Shown here: positions 30,505 to 40,310 of the stretch, in pieces
How positions within the stretch are numbered: the stretch's first letter is position 1
Layout: the number at the start of each line of letters is the position of its first letter
Assembly (NCBI GenBank): GCA_963931635.1
Contig: OZ007034.1
Coordinates: forward strand, 2,521,285 to 2,585,284
Source of the DNA: an uncultured Bacteroides sp.
Lineage (GTDB): Bacteria; Bacteroidota; Bacteroidia; Bacteroidales; UBA11471
Reading direction: 5' to 3'
Length of the DNA stretch: 64,000 nucleotides
Translations under genes and position numbers: made by a program
The notes under the pieces: model-generated
The model's input: the letters and a program-made list of their open reading frames with translations, nothing else
Database searches by the model: none
What the model was told of the DNA's origin: nothing

Positions 30505-31299
30505 ATGACACCTCTTCATTCGAAAGAAGAAAAATGCGCCGCTTTCGGCCGCCTTCTCGACATATTGGACGAACTTCGGATCAAATGCCCGTGGGACCGT
30601 AAACAGACCAACGAATCGCTCCGCGCCAACACCATAGAAGAGACCTACGAGTTGTGCGAAGCTCTTATTCAAAATGATGCTGCCTCAATAAAAAAAGAAC
30701 TGGGCGATGTGTTGCTGCATATAGTCTTTTATGCAAAAATCGGTGAAGAAAAAAATCTATACGACATCGCCGATGTATGCAATGCTTTATGTGAAAAACT
30801 CATCTATCGACACCCACACGTCTTCGGTACGACTCACGTCTCTACCTCAAGCCAGGTCGAAGAAAATTGGGAGGCTCTCAAACTTAAGGAAAAAGGGGGC
30901 AACAAAACTGTACTGGCCGGTGTTCCCACAGCCCTACCTGCCCTCATCAAGGCCTGCCGCATACAAGAAAAAGCACGCAATGTAGGTTTCGATTGGGAAG
31001 AGCGGGAACAGGTATGGGACAAGGTAAAAGAAGAAATCGCCGAATTTGAAACGGCCATACGCGACAATGCCGACAAGGAGAAAGAGGCCGAATTCGGCGA
31101 CCTGCTGTTCAGTCTCATCAATGCAGCCCGACTCTACAAGATAAATCCCGAAAACGCCCTTGAACTCACCAATCAGAAGTTTATCCGCCGCTTCAATTAT
31201 GTAGAAGCCGGAGCCAAACAGCAAGGCAAGGAGTTGCGAGACATGACCCTCGGAGAGATGGACACCCTTTGGGAAGAAGCCAAAAAGAAAGGGTTATAA
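30505..31299 (+). CDS. mazG: Nucleoside triphosphate pyrophosphohydrolase MazG
   Basis: 264 aa with two MazG repeats (CPWDRKQTNESLRANTIEETYELCEA; ...EAEFGDLLFSLINAARLYKINPENAL). Confidence 0.9.
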   Translation: MTPLHSKEEKCAAFGRLLDILDELRIKCPWDRKQTNESLRANTIEETYELCEALIQNDAASIKKELGDVLLHIVFYAKIGEEKNLYDIADVCNALCEKLIYRHPHVFGTTHVSTSSQVEENWEALKLKEKGGNKTVLAGVPTALPALIKACRIQEKARNVGFDWEEREQVWDKVKEEIAEFETAIRDNADKEKEAEFGDLLFSLINAARLYKINPENALELTNQKFIRRFNYVEAGAKQQGKELRDMTLGEMDTLWEEAKKKGL

Positions 31300-31327
31300 C
31301 CTTTCTCTGCGTTTCAAAAACAAAAAA

Positions 31328-31354
31328 GGCACGCATATTGAGCGTGCCTTTTTT
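31328..31354 (+). terminator. Rho-independent terminator after mazG
   Basis: ggcacgc (31328-31334), loop atattga, gcgtgcc (31342-31348), then T6. An A-run upstream could make it bidirectional. Confidence 0.7.
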
Positions 31355-31481
31355 GTACATCAGGAAAACTCTTACATCATAAGACTAGAATATCGTTGAA
31401 AAAGAGAAAAAGATGTACGTACCAGAGAAAAGACTTATATGTTTTACTCTAACAGATATCTCCATTCTTCACTAAGAATTA

Positions 31482-34367
31482 TTATAGCTTATAACTAATT
31501 CCTACAAACAGACGGCCCTCGCTATCCAACTTTCTACCATTCTTCAACTTCGTGCACGTCAATAATCCCTGCGGTTCAATAAGCAAGTCTATGTCTGATG
31601 TAACACGAAACCGTCCCTGTAAACCAACTTTGGCTCCATAAACAAAACGGTTTAAATTACTATCGCCACCTATACCAGCCGACAAGCCGACCAGCGCAAT
31701 GGCATCAAAAAGCCTGTCGTTACTAAAACCGGCTCCATGAGCAGAAAGATTAAACAGATAATCGGCTGACAACATAAGAGTTTTGTCTTCGGAAAAACCG
31801 TCAAATCCACCAAAATCGGCATCAATACGCCAAGCCGATAGAGGAGAAAACCACTTACCCACCGATAAAGCGACTCCATGACCTCCCGAGAATTTCCCCT
31901 GACCGGCGTATAAGAGTTTTCCACCATAAGCCGCAGACACGAAGATTTTCTTGGATTGCTCATACTCTGAAGAGTTGTTCGCACTGTCATAGCCGTCAAG
32001 CTTATACCGAACGCCAACATTCATGGATAGCAAGAAATCGACTGGGAGCGAAGCGACACGCTCCGTAGAGAATTTTTGGCCGAATATTCTCATTTGCGGT
32101 TCTATAAACAGGCCAAAACCAGAGGGAAAGCCCCACTCTCCTTTAAGAGATACACCCATACCGGGATACAAACCGGTATTCGCTCCTGTCACATAAGCCA
32201 ACACAGGTCCTACACCCACAGAGGCATTGAACAGCCGTTGCTCCTTGTATCCGAACAAGGCAGCATTTATATCCCATAAATAGTCAAGTTCCAACAAGCC
32301 AAACTTTCGATAACCCGGCTTAGCATCTCCAAAGAAACCAACACCAGCAGTCAAGCGGAAGCCCGACACTGGAGAGAACCATTTTCCCCCATATACCGAA
32401 GCCATAGCGCCCAGACGTTCTTTCGTAGAGAAGACTAGTGCATGATGCAAGATACCCACAGGAGCTACATTCACCCCATAAAACATATGGTCGGGAAAAG
32501 ATTCATTGACAAAAGTCTCATTATCGCCCCATTTCCCGTGTCTCATACCGTAACCATACAAATGATAAGATAAACCTACGGTTAATGTCGGGACAACATC
32601 TACACGGGAAATAAGATTCTCAGCCCATCGATTATCTTGGTTGACATTAATACGGGGCTCTACAAAAAGACCGAACATCTCGTTGAAACGGAATGCGCCT
32701 TGCAGGCCGGCCCCCACTCCGATGGAGTGTCTAAAAGCTCCTTGCGACGAAACATAATCATAATTTACCCCGGCAACGCCACTTACGGTAAAAAGTCTAT
32801 CGGGGTCATATCCTCGCAAGAGATGGGAAAAATTCAACAAATAATCGAGCTGAGCTCCCATTGCATAGGTACGATATTTGGAATATGCAGCATTTATCCG
32901 TGAAGCATTCAGCAAAAGGCGTGTTCCCGAAACAGCATTCCACCATGTTCCAAGTCCCCCGAAGAAACGCATGCCCTTATTGGGTATAGGCTGAGATACA
33001 GAAGCCTGCATCACTCCAACGAAACCACCGCCTATCGTCAAATAGAGATCACCGATACGACGAGGGTAATCAAAATCTTTGTCTTCATACAATGTTTTAT
33101 CTACCACAAAAGGAGTAGGTCGGTAAGTAATACCTGCCGACAGAGAAGGAAGCGGGTCAACAAAAGCTGTACCATCCCGCCATGCCATATTGGGAAAAAC
33201 GTCTACCCTTGGCTCAACAAAAAGAGACCAATGCCCTGCCAATCGTAGTTCTCCATGCAGACCTGCACCGAAGTTGAATCGATTGAATCGGCCAATCCTC
33301 GTTATGCCAATATTGTGATACCCCGCCCCCACAAGACCAGACAATGCGAATCTGCGTAACGGATCATACCCGCCGAAAATGGCATGAAGATTGAACATAT
33401 AATCCAATTGCAGACCCACTGACGATTTCTTGATATGAGAACTTTTCAATTGCCGTGCAACAGCCGACAGTCTTAAGGACGAGAATCTGGAAAAATCATC
33501 TCCGACGGCTGCCATTACTGTCCAACCAGGATTCAAAGAATGCAGGCCGGCCAATGTCGATGCAAAGCCACCACCCAACGAAAAGAAAACTCCTTTAGAA
33601 GCTCCGGCAAACGCGACATTATGTCGTTGTGGCGCCGTCAATAAACGATAGCCAAAACCGGCCATCAAAGATGCCTCCCAATCATATTTCAGCCACGTTT
33701 TCTCTCTATCAATATTATCGGTGTAGATACCTATACGTGGCTCAATGTAAAAAAAGGTAAGTGGCGAAATATATACACGGGGTTGAAAGCCCAGCCGGAA
33801 TCCAGCGGCATGAGTCCAATTTCCTTTTTGGTAGAGAAGTTGATATTCTACACCACCAAAAGCTAACACATCGATGAGACGATTAGGGTCATCACCATGC
33901 AACAACGAAGAAATATTCATCAGATAATCAGCCGATACCGATGCTAAATAGGGATTCTTGTCGGCCAAGCCGTTATGAAATCCGCCGCTTACCCCGACAC
34001 GGACACCATGAACTGGAGTCAACCAATCTCCAACGGAAATTCCTACTCTACTGCCAAGCCCCGAAGATGAAAATAAGCTTGATGGATTTCGGTCAAGAGT
34101 CAGGCCAACATCACCCGTAACAAAAAGATGATCTCCAAATTTCTTCGTCGTATACCTTTCATTTCCCAAAGGTTTTTGTAACATATAGTTCAAGCCGTTA
34201 AATGGCAATGAATCTTCTTTTGTACATGCATCTTGTTGCAATTCGCGATGTGCATACGACACGGGATTTTGGGCCGATGCCGTACATACAAAAAAAATCG
34301 GCATCCAAAGGGACCAAAACACTTTATTCACATAATGTAATATCATATTTTCTCCTTGACTTTTCAT
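31482..34367 (-). CDS. Secreted protein of about 960 aa built from five tandem beta-barrel-like modules of ~170 aa (unknown function)
   Basis: Signal peptide ...MILHYVNKVFWSLWMPIFFVCTASAQ. Five repeats carry xDY(L/M)xN...GYDPxRLF and (L/F)F(V/I)EP(R/Q) motifs, and the protein ends GISYKL. The ATGs at 34367 and 34346 are more likely starts than the ORF-track TTG at 34397. Confidence 0.75.
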   Translation of the reverse strand: MKSQGENMILHYVNKVFWSLWMPIFFVCTASAQNPVSYAHRELQQDACTKEDSLPFNGLNYMLQKPLGNERYTTKKFGDHLFVTGDVGLTLDRNPSSLFSSSGLGSRVGISVGDWLTPVHGVRVGVSGGFHNGLADKNPYLASVSADYLMNISSLLHGDDPNRLIDVLAFGGVEYQLLYQKGNWTHAAGFRLGFQPRVYISPLTFFYIEPRIGIYTDNIDREKTWLKYDWEASLMAGFGYRLLTAPQRHNVAFAGASKGVFFSLGGGFASTLAGLHSLNPGWTVMAAVGDDFSRFSSLRLSAVARQLKSSHIKKSSVGLQLDYMFNLHAIFGGYDPLRRFALSGLVGAGYHNIGITRIGRFNRFNFGAGLHGELRLAGHWSLFVEPRVDVFPNMAWRDGTAFVDPLPSLSAGITYRPTPFVVDKTLYEDKDFDYPRRIGDLYLTIGGGFVGVMQASVSQPIPNKGMRFFGGLGTWWNAVSGTRLLLNASRINAAYSKYRTYAMGAQLDYLLNFSHLLRGYDPDRLFTVSGVAGVNYDYVSSQGAFRHSIGVGAGLQGAFRFNEMFGLFVEPRINVNQDNRWAENLISRVDVVPTLTVGLSYHLYGYGMRHGKWGDNETFVNESFPDHMFYGVNVAPVGILHHALVFSTKERLGAMASVYGGKWFSPVSGFRLTAGVGFFGDAKPGYRKFGLLELDYLWDINAALFGYKEQRLFNASVGVGPVLAYVTGANTGLYPGMGVSLKGEWGFPSGFGLFIEPQMRIFGQKFSTERVASLPVDFLLSMNVGVRYKLDGYDSANNSSEYEQSKKIFVSAAYGGKLLYAGQGKFSGGHGVALSVGKWFSPLSAWRIDADFGGFDGFSEDKTLMLSADYLFNLSAHGAGFSNDRLFDAIALVGLSAGIGGDSNLNRFVYGAKVGLQGRFRVTSDIDLLIEPQGLLTCTKLKNGRKLDSEGRLFVGISYKL

Positions 34368-34377
34368 TTTCACAGAG

Positions 34378-36393
34378 CTATTGTTGTAACAAATCAACTA
34401 AATCACCATCAACACTGGCCACATCGCGCAACGATGGGTCTTTTTCGAAAGCTCTCTCCATGTAGCTCAAAGCCAAATTGACCTCATCAACCCGATTCGC
34501 AGCTACAGCTCTTATATAATCTTCTTTGGCAGAATCTCCCAACTTTTGGGCTTTCTCCCAAGCCTGCTTGTCGGCCTTTATAGCCAATAACATTAATACC
34601 TCGTTAAATGGAGACTCTGCCGATATTTCTTGGACGACCTCGGAATAACGGCCATTCAAGGCAGCGGCATAAATTCTTACCTGATGATACATCCCAGTAT
34701 CGGGCAATAACACTGCCAATGAATCTGCTTGAGAATAGAGCCCGGCCGATAGACAGGCTACGGCTTGGTTCAGTCTTGTTTCGTCGGGTAATTCATCCTG
34801 ATTTAAATAGGGTTTTAACAAGTCGACATCTGGTTGACCCTTATCAATAAGTATAGCCGCCAAGTCGGTTGCCGCCACCATGAAATCGGGATATACAGCC
34901 AATGCCCTGCGACATATTGCTTCCCTATCAGCCGACATCTCGTCCAAATGATATAATCGCCAAAATTCATTCCGAGACAATTCCGAACTATTCTCTCTAT
35001 ACAATTCTTTTATCTCATCGTCGGTAAGATATCGATACTGAGAAAAAAGCAATTCATAACTTACCCTACGCAACCGAGGTAAATAGTGCTTTGCTATTAC
35101 CGAGCGATAAAATGGCAAATACAACACCTCTTGTGATTGACGATTGGGATTATCGGGCCACTTATTAACAATAGCTTGGATTGCATCGGCTTCTTTATTT
35201 TTTCCATCGCTACGTAAGAGCTCAATAACCCGACTCCACGGCTCTACATCGGCTGCCGTGAATTTGTCTATATACTTTCCACTCTCACCCAACGATTTCA
35301 TAACGAGCGACACCGCCGCTTCTACACGCATCTCGGCCAATTGCTTGTTTCTTTTGTATCCACCGTCAGGTGAGGCCGTTCCTAAAATCGAGAAGCTCTT
35401 TATCTGACTGTTAGGATCGTTTTCCACTTGCCGTATTTGAGCAATCAAGCGGTTCAACTCCTCCCTATTGTTACCATCTTCGACATACAAACGGCTACCT
35501 CCTACTCTAAATGTAAAGTTCACATCGCCTCTTGTGTCTCGTAACTGCATTTCGGGTTGAGGAAAGAAACTCGCATTTTCCACCATCTTACCCGAAACAT
35601 TATATTCAAGAAATCGCAACGGGTTCACTACACCACGGGCTATTATAAACGTATCGCGATATACCACGCGCCGATAATCTTCCATGGCAACCATCATGTC
35701 ACAGCGAAAATCCTGATTGGGATTCTCTACATATATAGAATCCTTATATGAAATCATATCATCATCTCGAGACGAGCTTTGTTTGACTTCAACATAGGGA
35801 GACAATGGATCTCGAGACAAATCATAATCGTGCATTCGTTCTTGAGTTATATGATATTCCTTCCCATCAAAAACCAAAGGGGATAGATATGCCATTGTCC
35901 CTTTGGATACATTAAAAATTCCAGGTTGAATTATCAAACGTGCATCTGTCGAAAAAAGACCCTTGGGAACTTTTACACGAGTTTTAATATGAAAGTAATT
36001 TCCAATCATTTCTATATCCGTAGGTTCTGGGGCAACAACATCAGCGACACGCTTAGCAGCAACTGTAACTTCATCAAGTGCAATTGAAGTAGGGTCAAGT
36101 ACCACATTAATCGTCAACTGCCCGTCTACTGGAACAATACGTTCCTCATAACCCACCGAGGAAAATATCAAAGAATCTTCGGAATCGACTTTAACCAGAT
36201 ACTTTCCACCGGCATTTGTAACGCCAACGAGCTTATTCGTTTCGGCTCTGTAAATACTTACCCGATAAAGCAGTTCGCCTTTCAGATTCGTTACCCTTCC
36301 GCGTACATTAATTTCTCGGGCCATTAAAGACAAAGGCAAAATCAGTCCCAAGAACACACCCAATATCAGAAGATAGAATTTCCTGTTTTTCAT
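34378..36393 (-). CDS. Secreted multidomain protein: CarboxypepD_reg-like domain, a beta-rich region, a degenerate OmpA_C-like motif and TPR-like helices
   Basis: The ATG at 36393 gives MKNRKFYLLILGVFLGLILPLSLMA. Next come INVRGRVTNLKGELLYRVSIY...GKYLVKV (beta-sandwich), ILGTASPDGGYKRNKQLAEMRVEAA, and then about 290 aa of helical repeats. Confidence 0.7.
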   Translation of the reverse strand: MKNRKFYLLILGVFLGLILPLSLMAREINVRGRVTNLKGELLYRVSIYRAETNKLVGVTNAGGKYLVKVDSEDSLIFSSVGYEERIVPVDGQLTINVVLDPTSIALDEVTVAAKRVADVVAPEPTDIEMIGNYFHIKTRVKVPKGLFSTDARLIIQPGIFNVSKGTMAYLSPLVFDGKEYHITQERMHDYDLSRDPLSPYVEVKQSSSRDDDMISYKDSIYVENPNQDFRCDMMVAMEDYRRVVYRDTFIIARGVVNPLRFLEYNVSGKMVENASFFPQPEMQLRDTRGDVNFTFRVGGSRLYVEDGNNREELNRLIAQIRQVENDPNSQIKSFSILGTASPDGGYKRNKQLAEMRVEAAVSLVMKSLGESGKYIDKFTAADVEPWSRVIELLRSDGKNKEADAIQAIVNKWPDNPNRQSQEVLYLPFYRSVIAKHYLPRLRRVSYELLFSQYRYLTDDEIKELYRENSSELSRNEFWRLYHLDEMSADREAICRRALAVYPDFMVAATDLAAILIDKGQPDVDLLKPYLNQDELPDETRLNQAVACLSAGLYSQADSLAVLLPDTGMYHQVRIYAAALNGRYSEVVQEISAESPFNEVLMLLAIKADKQAWEKAQKLGDSAKEDYIRAVAANRVDEVNLALSYMERAFEKDPSLRDVASVDGDLVDLLQQ

Positions 36394-36415
36394 CAGCACC
36401 AATTTGAAACTGTTA

Positions 36416-36964
36416 TCATTTGAATATATACGATACTGAGATACCCAATTTCATAGGTATCGGTTGCCACCCGGAGCAATTAACTTCTTGAGGTTTCTTA
36501 TCACCCTCTTTATAACTGACCGAACGTAATCGTGCCACACCTAGGCCTAAAGAGGTTTCCAGGTTCCAATGTCGACTAAGGACAAAAACATACCCGTAAG
36601 TCAGACCTCCAGCCCAAATATCTCCGTCATAAAAACGATGTTTATACTTCACACTATACAATCCCCCCAGCAATGCAATACCCATATAATGTCGCGACAT
36701 GGGCCGACCGAACCAATATCGTAATTCGGGCTGCAATCGAGCATTGGTTGCTTTGATTCCGGCGATTGTGGCTGTAATAGGATTTACTGCTACGCCCACA
36801 TCCAGAGAAAGTTTTGGACTTACTCGCAATTCCATAGCCAAGTTTGGCGATAACACGGCCCAATCCAATAAGTTACTCTTTATCGCCACACGCTGAGCAT
36901 CGACCCCATGCGCATAGATGAGCAAGAATAAAAGCAGACCGCACTTACAAAGTACATTCTTCAT
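36416..36964 (-). CDS. DUF3575-type small outer-membrane beta-barrel protein
   Basis: The ATG at 36964 gives signal peptide MKNVLCKCGLLLFLLIYAHGVDAQ, then RVAIKSNLLDWAVLSPNLAMELRVSPKLSLDVGVAVNP, and the protein ends GISVSYIFK. The longer ORF-track start (37078) would run through a 16-bp hairpin. Confidence 0.75.
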   Translation of the reverse strand: MKNVLCKCGLLLFLLIYAHGVDAQRVAIKSNLLDWAVLSPNLAMELRVSPKLSLDVGVAVNPITATIAGIKATNARLQPELRYWFGRPMSRHYMGIALLGGLYSVKYKHRFYDGDIWAGGLTYGYVFVLSRHWNLETSLGLGVARLRSVSYKEGDKKPQEVNCSGWQPIPMKLGISVSYIFK

Positions 36965-37060
36965 AACACAAGTTTTGCTAAAATCAACACTTTTAAAAGA
37001 CATCAGTAGGTATAGCAAAAGAAAATCATTCACTGAACACTGAGTCGACATATCAACAAA

Positions 37061-37109
37061 GAATCTGCAAGTTCCCATGCGACAATATTATAGGGGAACT
37101 TGCAGATTC
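37061..37109 (-). terminator. Strong hairpin (16-bp perfect stem) between the OmpA-like gene and the DUF3575 gene; terminator or attenuator
   Basis: gaatctgcaagttccc (37061-37076) pairs with gggaacttgcagattc (37094-37109) around a 17-nt loop. On the minus strand it is followed by tttgttg. Confidence 0.6.
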
Positions 37110-37146
37110 AAACAATCAATTATTAATCAATAGGAAAAAGTAATAT

Positions 37147-38382
37147 CTACTTAATTACAGCAACACGATTTGCCACCTGATTGGATTCAAACACCCGATT
37201 TTGGTCGTCGCCCATGCCTTGATAAGAAATACGTTCGGGAGATACGCCCAATTGTATTAAACAGTTATATACGTTTTTGGCACGATTTTCAGCAACTCGT
37301 TTATTTCCCTCAGGACTTCCGGTTTCCATATCGGCATAACCATATACACAGTAGGTACGATCATTGGAACTATTATTGATTTGTTCTGCAATCAAAGCCA
37401 ACCGAGTTTTGTCGGTCTCTTTCAATATAGACATACCATAATCAAAGAATACTGTCGTTCCAGTCATCGTATAAGCTGACATATCACGCTCAACAATTTG
37501 CTTGAGCGAATCACGTTCGGCAGTCAAATCTTCCATAATAGCGGCTTGCTCAGCCACTTTCTGCTCGGCTTTGGCCGCACGAGCCTCCGACGAAGCCAAC
37601 AAATTTTTCAGTTCTTCATTTTCAGATTTAGAGGCAGCCAAATTTTCACGGCCCTCGTTTACATTGTCATTCAACCGTTCTATGTCGGCCGTTGTATATC
37701 CAGGAACACCACGTTTAAAATCACGTTGATTGAAGCGATAAGTTACACCAGCCGAAGCCGTAAATCCCAACATAACAAGCCCGTCAAGCTGAGCAGGAGA
37801 TGCAGACGCAGCAGCAACAATACCTTTCAATTCGAGATTGACATCGAAACTGTTGGATACCCTAAACTTGTTTATCAAACCATAAGTAGCAGCAAAGTCG
37901 CGCAGACTGCCATTCAGATGGCTATCTTCTTGACTGGCCGATGTAAAGTTGGAGGTCATATAACCCATGCCGACAAACGGTACAGCGTAATAAATACGAT
38001 CTTCCTTGTAACCGGCAATCCAGTTGGAAAGATTGGCCATAGCGTCGACATGGACAAACATATATGGCCAACCAAGTTTACCGTACTGTGGGTGGAAATT
38101 GTTAAACTTGCCGCCTTGCAACTGAATTCTTGCACCAAATACGGGATGGAACCACTTTGCTACCGAAAAATTCCCTTCAAAACCAAAGCGTTCTTTTTTA
38201 GGACCGATATTTGTTCCTGTTGAAAATGCCGTACCGACACCTACACCAGCTGAAATTTCCCAGTTATCCCATAATCCGTTGGAAACAAATCCACTAAAAC
38301 GGGGTTTGGGCGAAACAGGCTCTTGTGCCACGGCTACTGCGATAAATGCCATAGACAAAATGGCCAAACAAATCTTTTTCAT
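37147..38382 (-). CDS. OmpA-family protein: N-terminal beta-barrel, coiled coil and C-terminal OmpA_C peptidoglycan-binding domain
   Basis: 411 aa. Signal peptide MKKICLAILSMAFIAVAVAQ. Coiled coil ENLAASKSENEELKNLLASSEARAAKAEQKVAEQAAIMEDLTAERDSLKQ. C-terminus YGYADMETGSPEGNKRVAENRAKNVYNCLIQLGVSPERI. Confidence 0.85.
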   Translation of the reverse strand: MKKICLAILSMAFIAVAVAQEPVSPKPRFSGFVSNGLWDNWEISAGVGVGTAFSTGTNIGPKKERFGFEGNFSVAKWFHPVFGARIQLQGGKFNNFHPQYGKLGWPYMFVHVDAMANLSNWIAGYKEDRIYYAVPFVGMGYMTSNFTSASQEDSHLNGSLRDFAATYGLINKFRVSNSFDVNLELKGIVAAASASPAQLDGLVMLGFTASAGVTYRFNQRDFKRGVPGYTTADIERLNDNVNEGRENLAASKSENEELKNLLASSEARAAKAEQKVAEQAAIMEDLTAERDSLKQIVERDMSAYTMTGTTVFFDYGMSILKETDKTRLALIAEQINNSSNDRTYCVYGYADMETGSPEGNKRVAENRAKNVYNCLIQLGVSPERISYQGMGDDQNRVFESNQVANRVAVIK

Positions 38383-38427
38383 AACACAAAAATTTTTAAA
38401 TCATTCAATTTTTAGGGTTTTATTTTT

Positions 38428-40275
38428 TTATTCTACTGTTACCGACTTTGCCAGATTACGTGGCTGGTCGACATTTCTTCCTTTGTATATAGCAATATAG
38501 TAGGCCAATAATTGCAATGGAATAGCCGCAACAATCGGCGTGAGACATTCAGGCACTTTGGGTATTTCAAGAGTATAATCAGCCAATTCCGACATGGCCG
38601 TGTTTCCCTTGTTAACGATGGCAATAACCAATCCCCCCCTCGACTTGACCTGTTGCACATTACCTACAATCTTATCGTACAATGAGTCATTAGGCGCAAT
38701 AATAACCGTAGGCATCTCATTGTCGATAAGGGCAATAGGACCGTGCTTCATCTCTGCAGCCGGGTACCCCTCGGCATGGATGTATGAAATCTCTTTGAGT
38801 TTCAAAGCGCCTTCCAAAGCCGTTGGATAATTATAGCCTCGTCCCAGATACAAAAAATTGTGGGCATAAGTAAATACTCTTGACAACTCTTGCACCGACT
38901 TTGACAGTTTCAATACCTCTCGTATTACGTCGGGCATTTGCATCAAGGTCGACGTTATCATCTGTACTCTCTCAGGAGATACCGTGTGACGAATCTGCCC
39001 TACACACAAGGCCAACAATGTCAAAACGGTAACCTGGCCGGTAAAAGCCTTTGTTGAAGCTACCCCTATTTCGGGGCCCACATGAATATAGGTTCCCGAG
39101 TCGGTATTCCGAGGTATAGAGGCCCCTACTACATTACAAATTCCATATACGAACGCACCTTTTTCTCTCGCCAGTTGAATGGCGGCCAGTGTATCTGCCG
39201 TCTCTCCCGACTGGGAAATCGCTATGACGATATCCTTGTCGGTAATATAGGGAAATCCATACCTGAATTCCGACGCATACTCCACCTCAACCGGCAACTG
39301 GCACATTTCCTGTATGAGTCGTTTCCCTATAAGGCCTGCATGCCACGAGGTGCCACATGCCACAATGATAATGCGATGAGCCTCCAAAAACTTGTCGCGA
39401 TTCTCTATCACTCCCGAAAGCACAACCTGCTTACCGTCATCGGTAATTCGGCCGCGTATACAATCACGCAAAGTATCGGGCTGTTCAAAAATCTCTTTCA
39501 ACATGAACGTTTCATATCCGCCTTTTTCGAGCTGTTCGACACTCATCTTCAAAGTCTGAATATCTATCTTCGACGGTTTACTGCCAATGATAGACATGAC
39601 TTGCAACGGCTTATCCCTGTAAATAACAGCGATCTCATCGTCATTAAGATAAATGACTTTATCGGTATACCCAACGATAGGAGTTGCATCAGAGGCTATG
39701 AAAGTTTCTCCATCACCTATTCCAATAACCAACGGGCTGCTCTTGCGAGCGACGACCAAGGTATCGGGATTGTCTTTCTCTATCACAGCAATAGCATATG
39801 CACCCACAACTTGTTTGAGGGCTTCTCGCACGGCCGATACCAAATCGCAACCGTTCGTTGTCTTCACATATTCTATCAATTGTACCAATACCTCGGTATC
39901 GGTTTCACTGACAAACGTGTATCCATGTCGAGAAAGAGCAGCTTTCAACACCGCATAATTCTCTATGGTACCATTATGCACCAAAGCCAAAGCTCCACTC
40001 TGGGAGACCTGTGGATGTGCATTTCTGTCGTTAGGTTCGCCATGCGTAGCCCATCGGGTATGCGCAATACCTAATGAACCCCGCACATCTCTTCCCATAC
40101 AACTGGCTTCTAGGTTGGAAACCTTTCCTTTGGCTTTGTACACACACATTTCACCGTCTTCACGTTCCAATGCAATGCCGGCACTGTCATATCCTCGATA
40201 TTCCAAACATCGAAGCCCCTTAATTAAAATGTCATAAGCTCCACGTGGACCAATATATCCTACGATTCCGCACAT
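38428..40275 (-). CDS. glmS: Glutamine--fructose-6-phosphate aminotransferase
   Basis: 615 aa. MCGIVGYIG Ntn-amidotransferase start, two SIS domains, ends KSVTVE. Confidence 0.97.
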   Translation of the reverse strand: MCGIVGYIGPRGAYDILIKGLRCLEYRGYDSAGIALEREDGEMCVYKAKGKVSNLEASCMGRDVRGSLGIAHTRWATHGEPNDRNAHPQVSQSGALALVHNGTIENYAVLKAALSRHGYTFVSETDTEVLVQLIEYVKTTNGCDLVSAVREALKQVVGAYAIAVIEKDNPDTLVVARKSSPLVIGIGDGETFIASDATPIVGYTDKVIYLNDDEIAVIYRDKPLQVMSIIGSKPSKIDIQTLKMSVEQLEKGGYETFMLKEIFEQPDTLRDCIRGRITDDGKQVVLSGVIENRDKFLEAHRIIIVACGTSWHAGLIGKRLIQEMCQLPVEVEYASEFRYGFPYITDKDIVIAISQSGETADTLAAIQLAREKGAFVYGICNVVGASIPRNTDSGTYIHVGPEIGVASTKAFTGQVTVLTLLALCVGQIRHTVSPERVQMITSTLMQMPDVIREVLKLSKSVQELSRVFTYAHNFLYLGRGYNYPTALEGALKLKEISYIHAEGYPAAEMKHGPIALIDNEMPTVIIAPNDSLYDKIVGNVQQVKSRGGLVIAIVNKGNTAMSELADYTLEIPKVPECLTPIVAAIPLQLLAYYIAIYKGRNVDQPRNLAKSVTVE

Positions 40276-40310
40276 AATTATTTAGGTTTGAATGTATTTC
40301 TTCGTTAGTT

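Noticed and set aside
36965-37078. Longer N-terminal extension of the DUF3575 ORF (ORF-track start 37078)
   Set aside because: The extension precedes a perfectly good signal peptide beginning at the ATG at 36964. It would also have to be translated through the 16-bp hairpin at 37061-37109.
40276-40310. Possible glmS ribozyme/riboswitch upstream of glmS
   Set aside because: Only 35 nt separate glmS from the upstream ORF. That is far too short for the ribozyme, which I also know mainly from Gram-positive bacteria.
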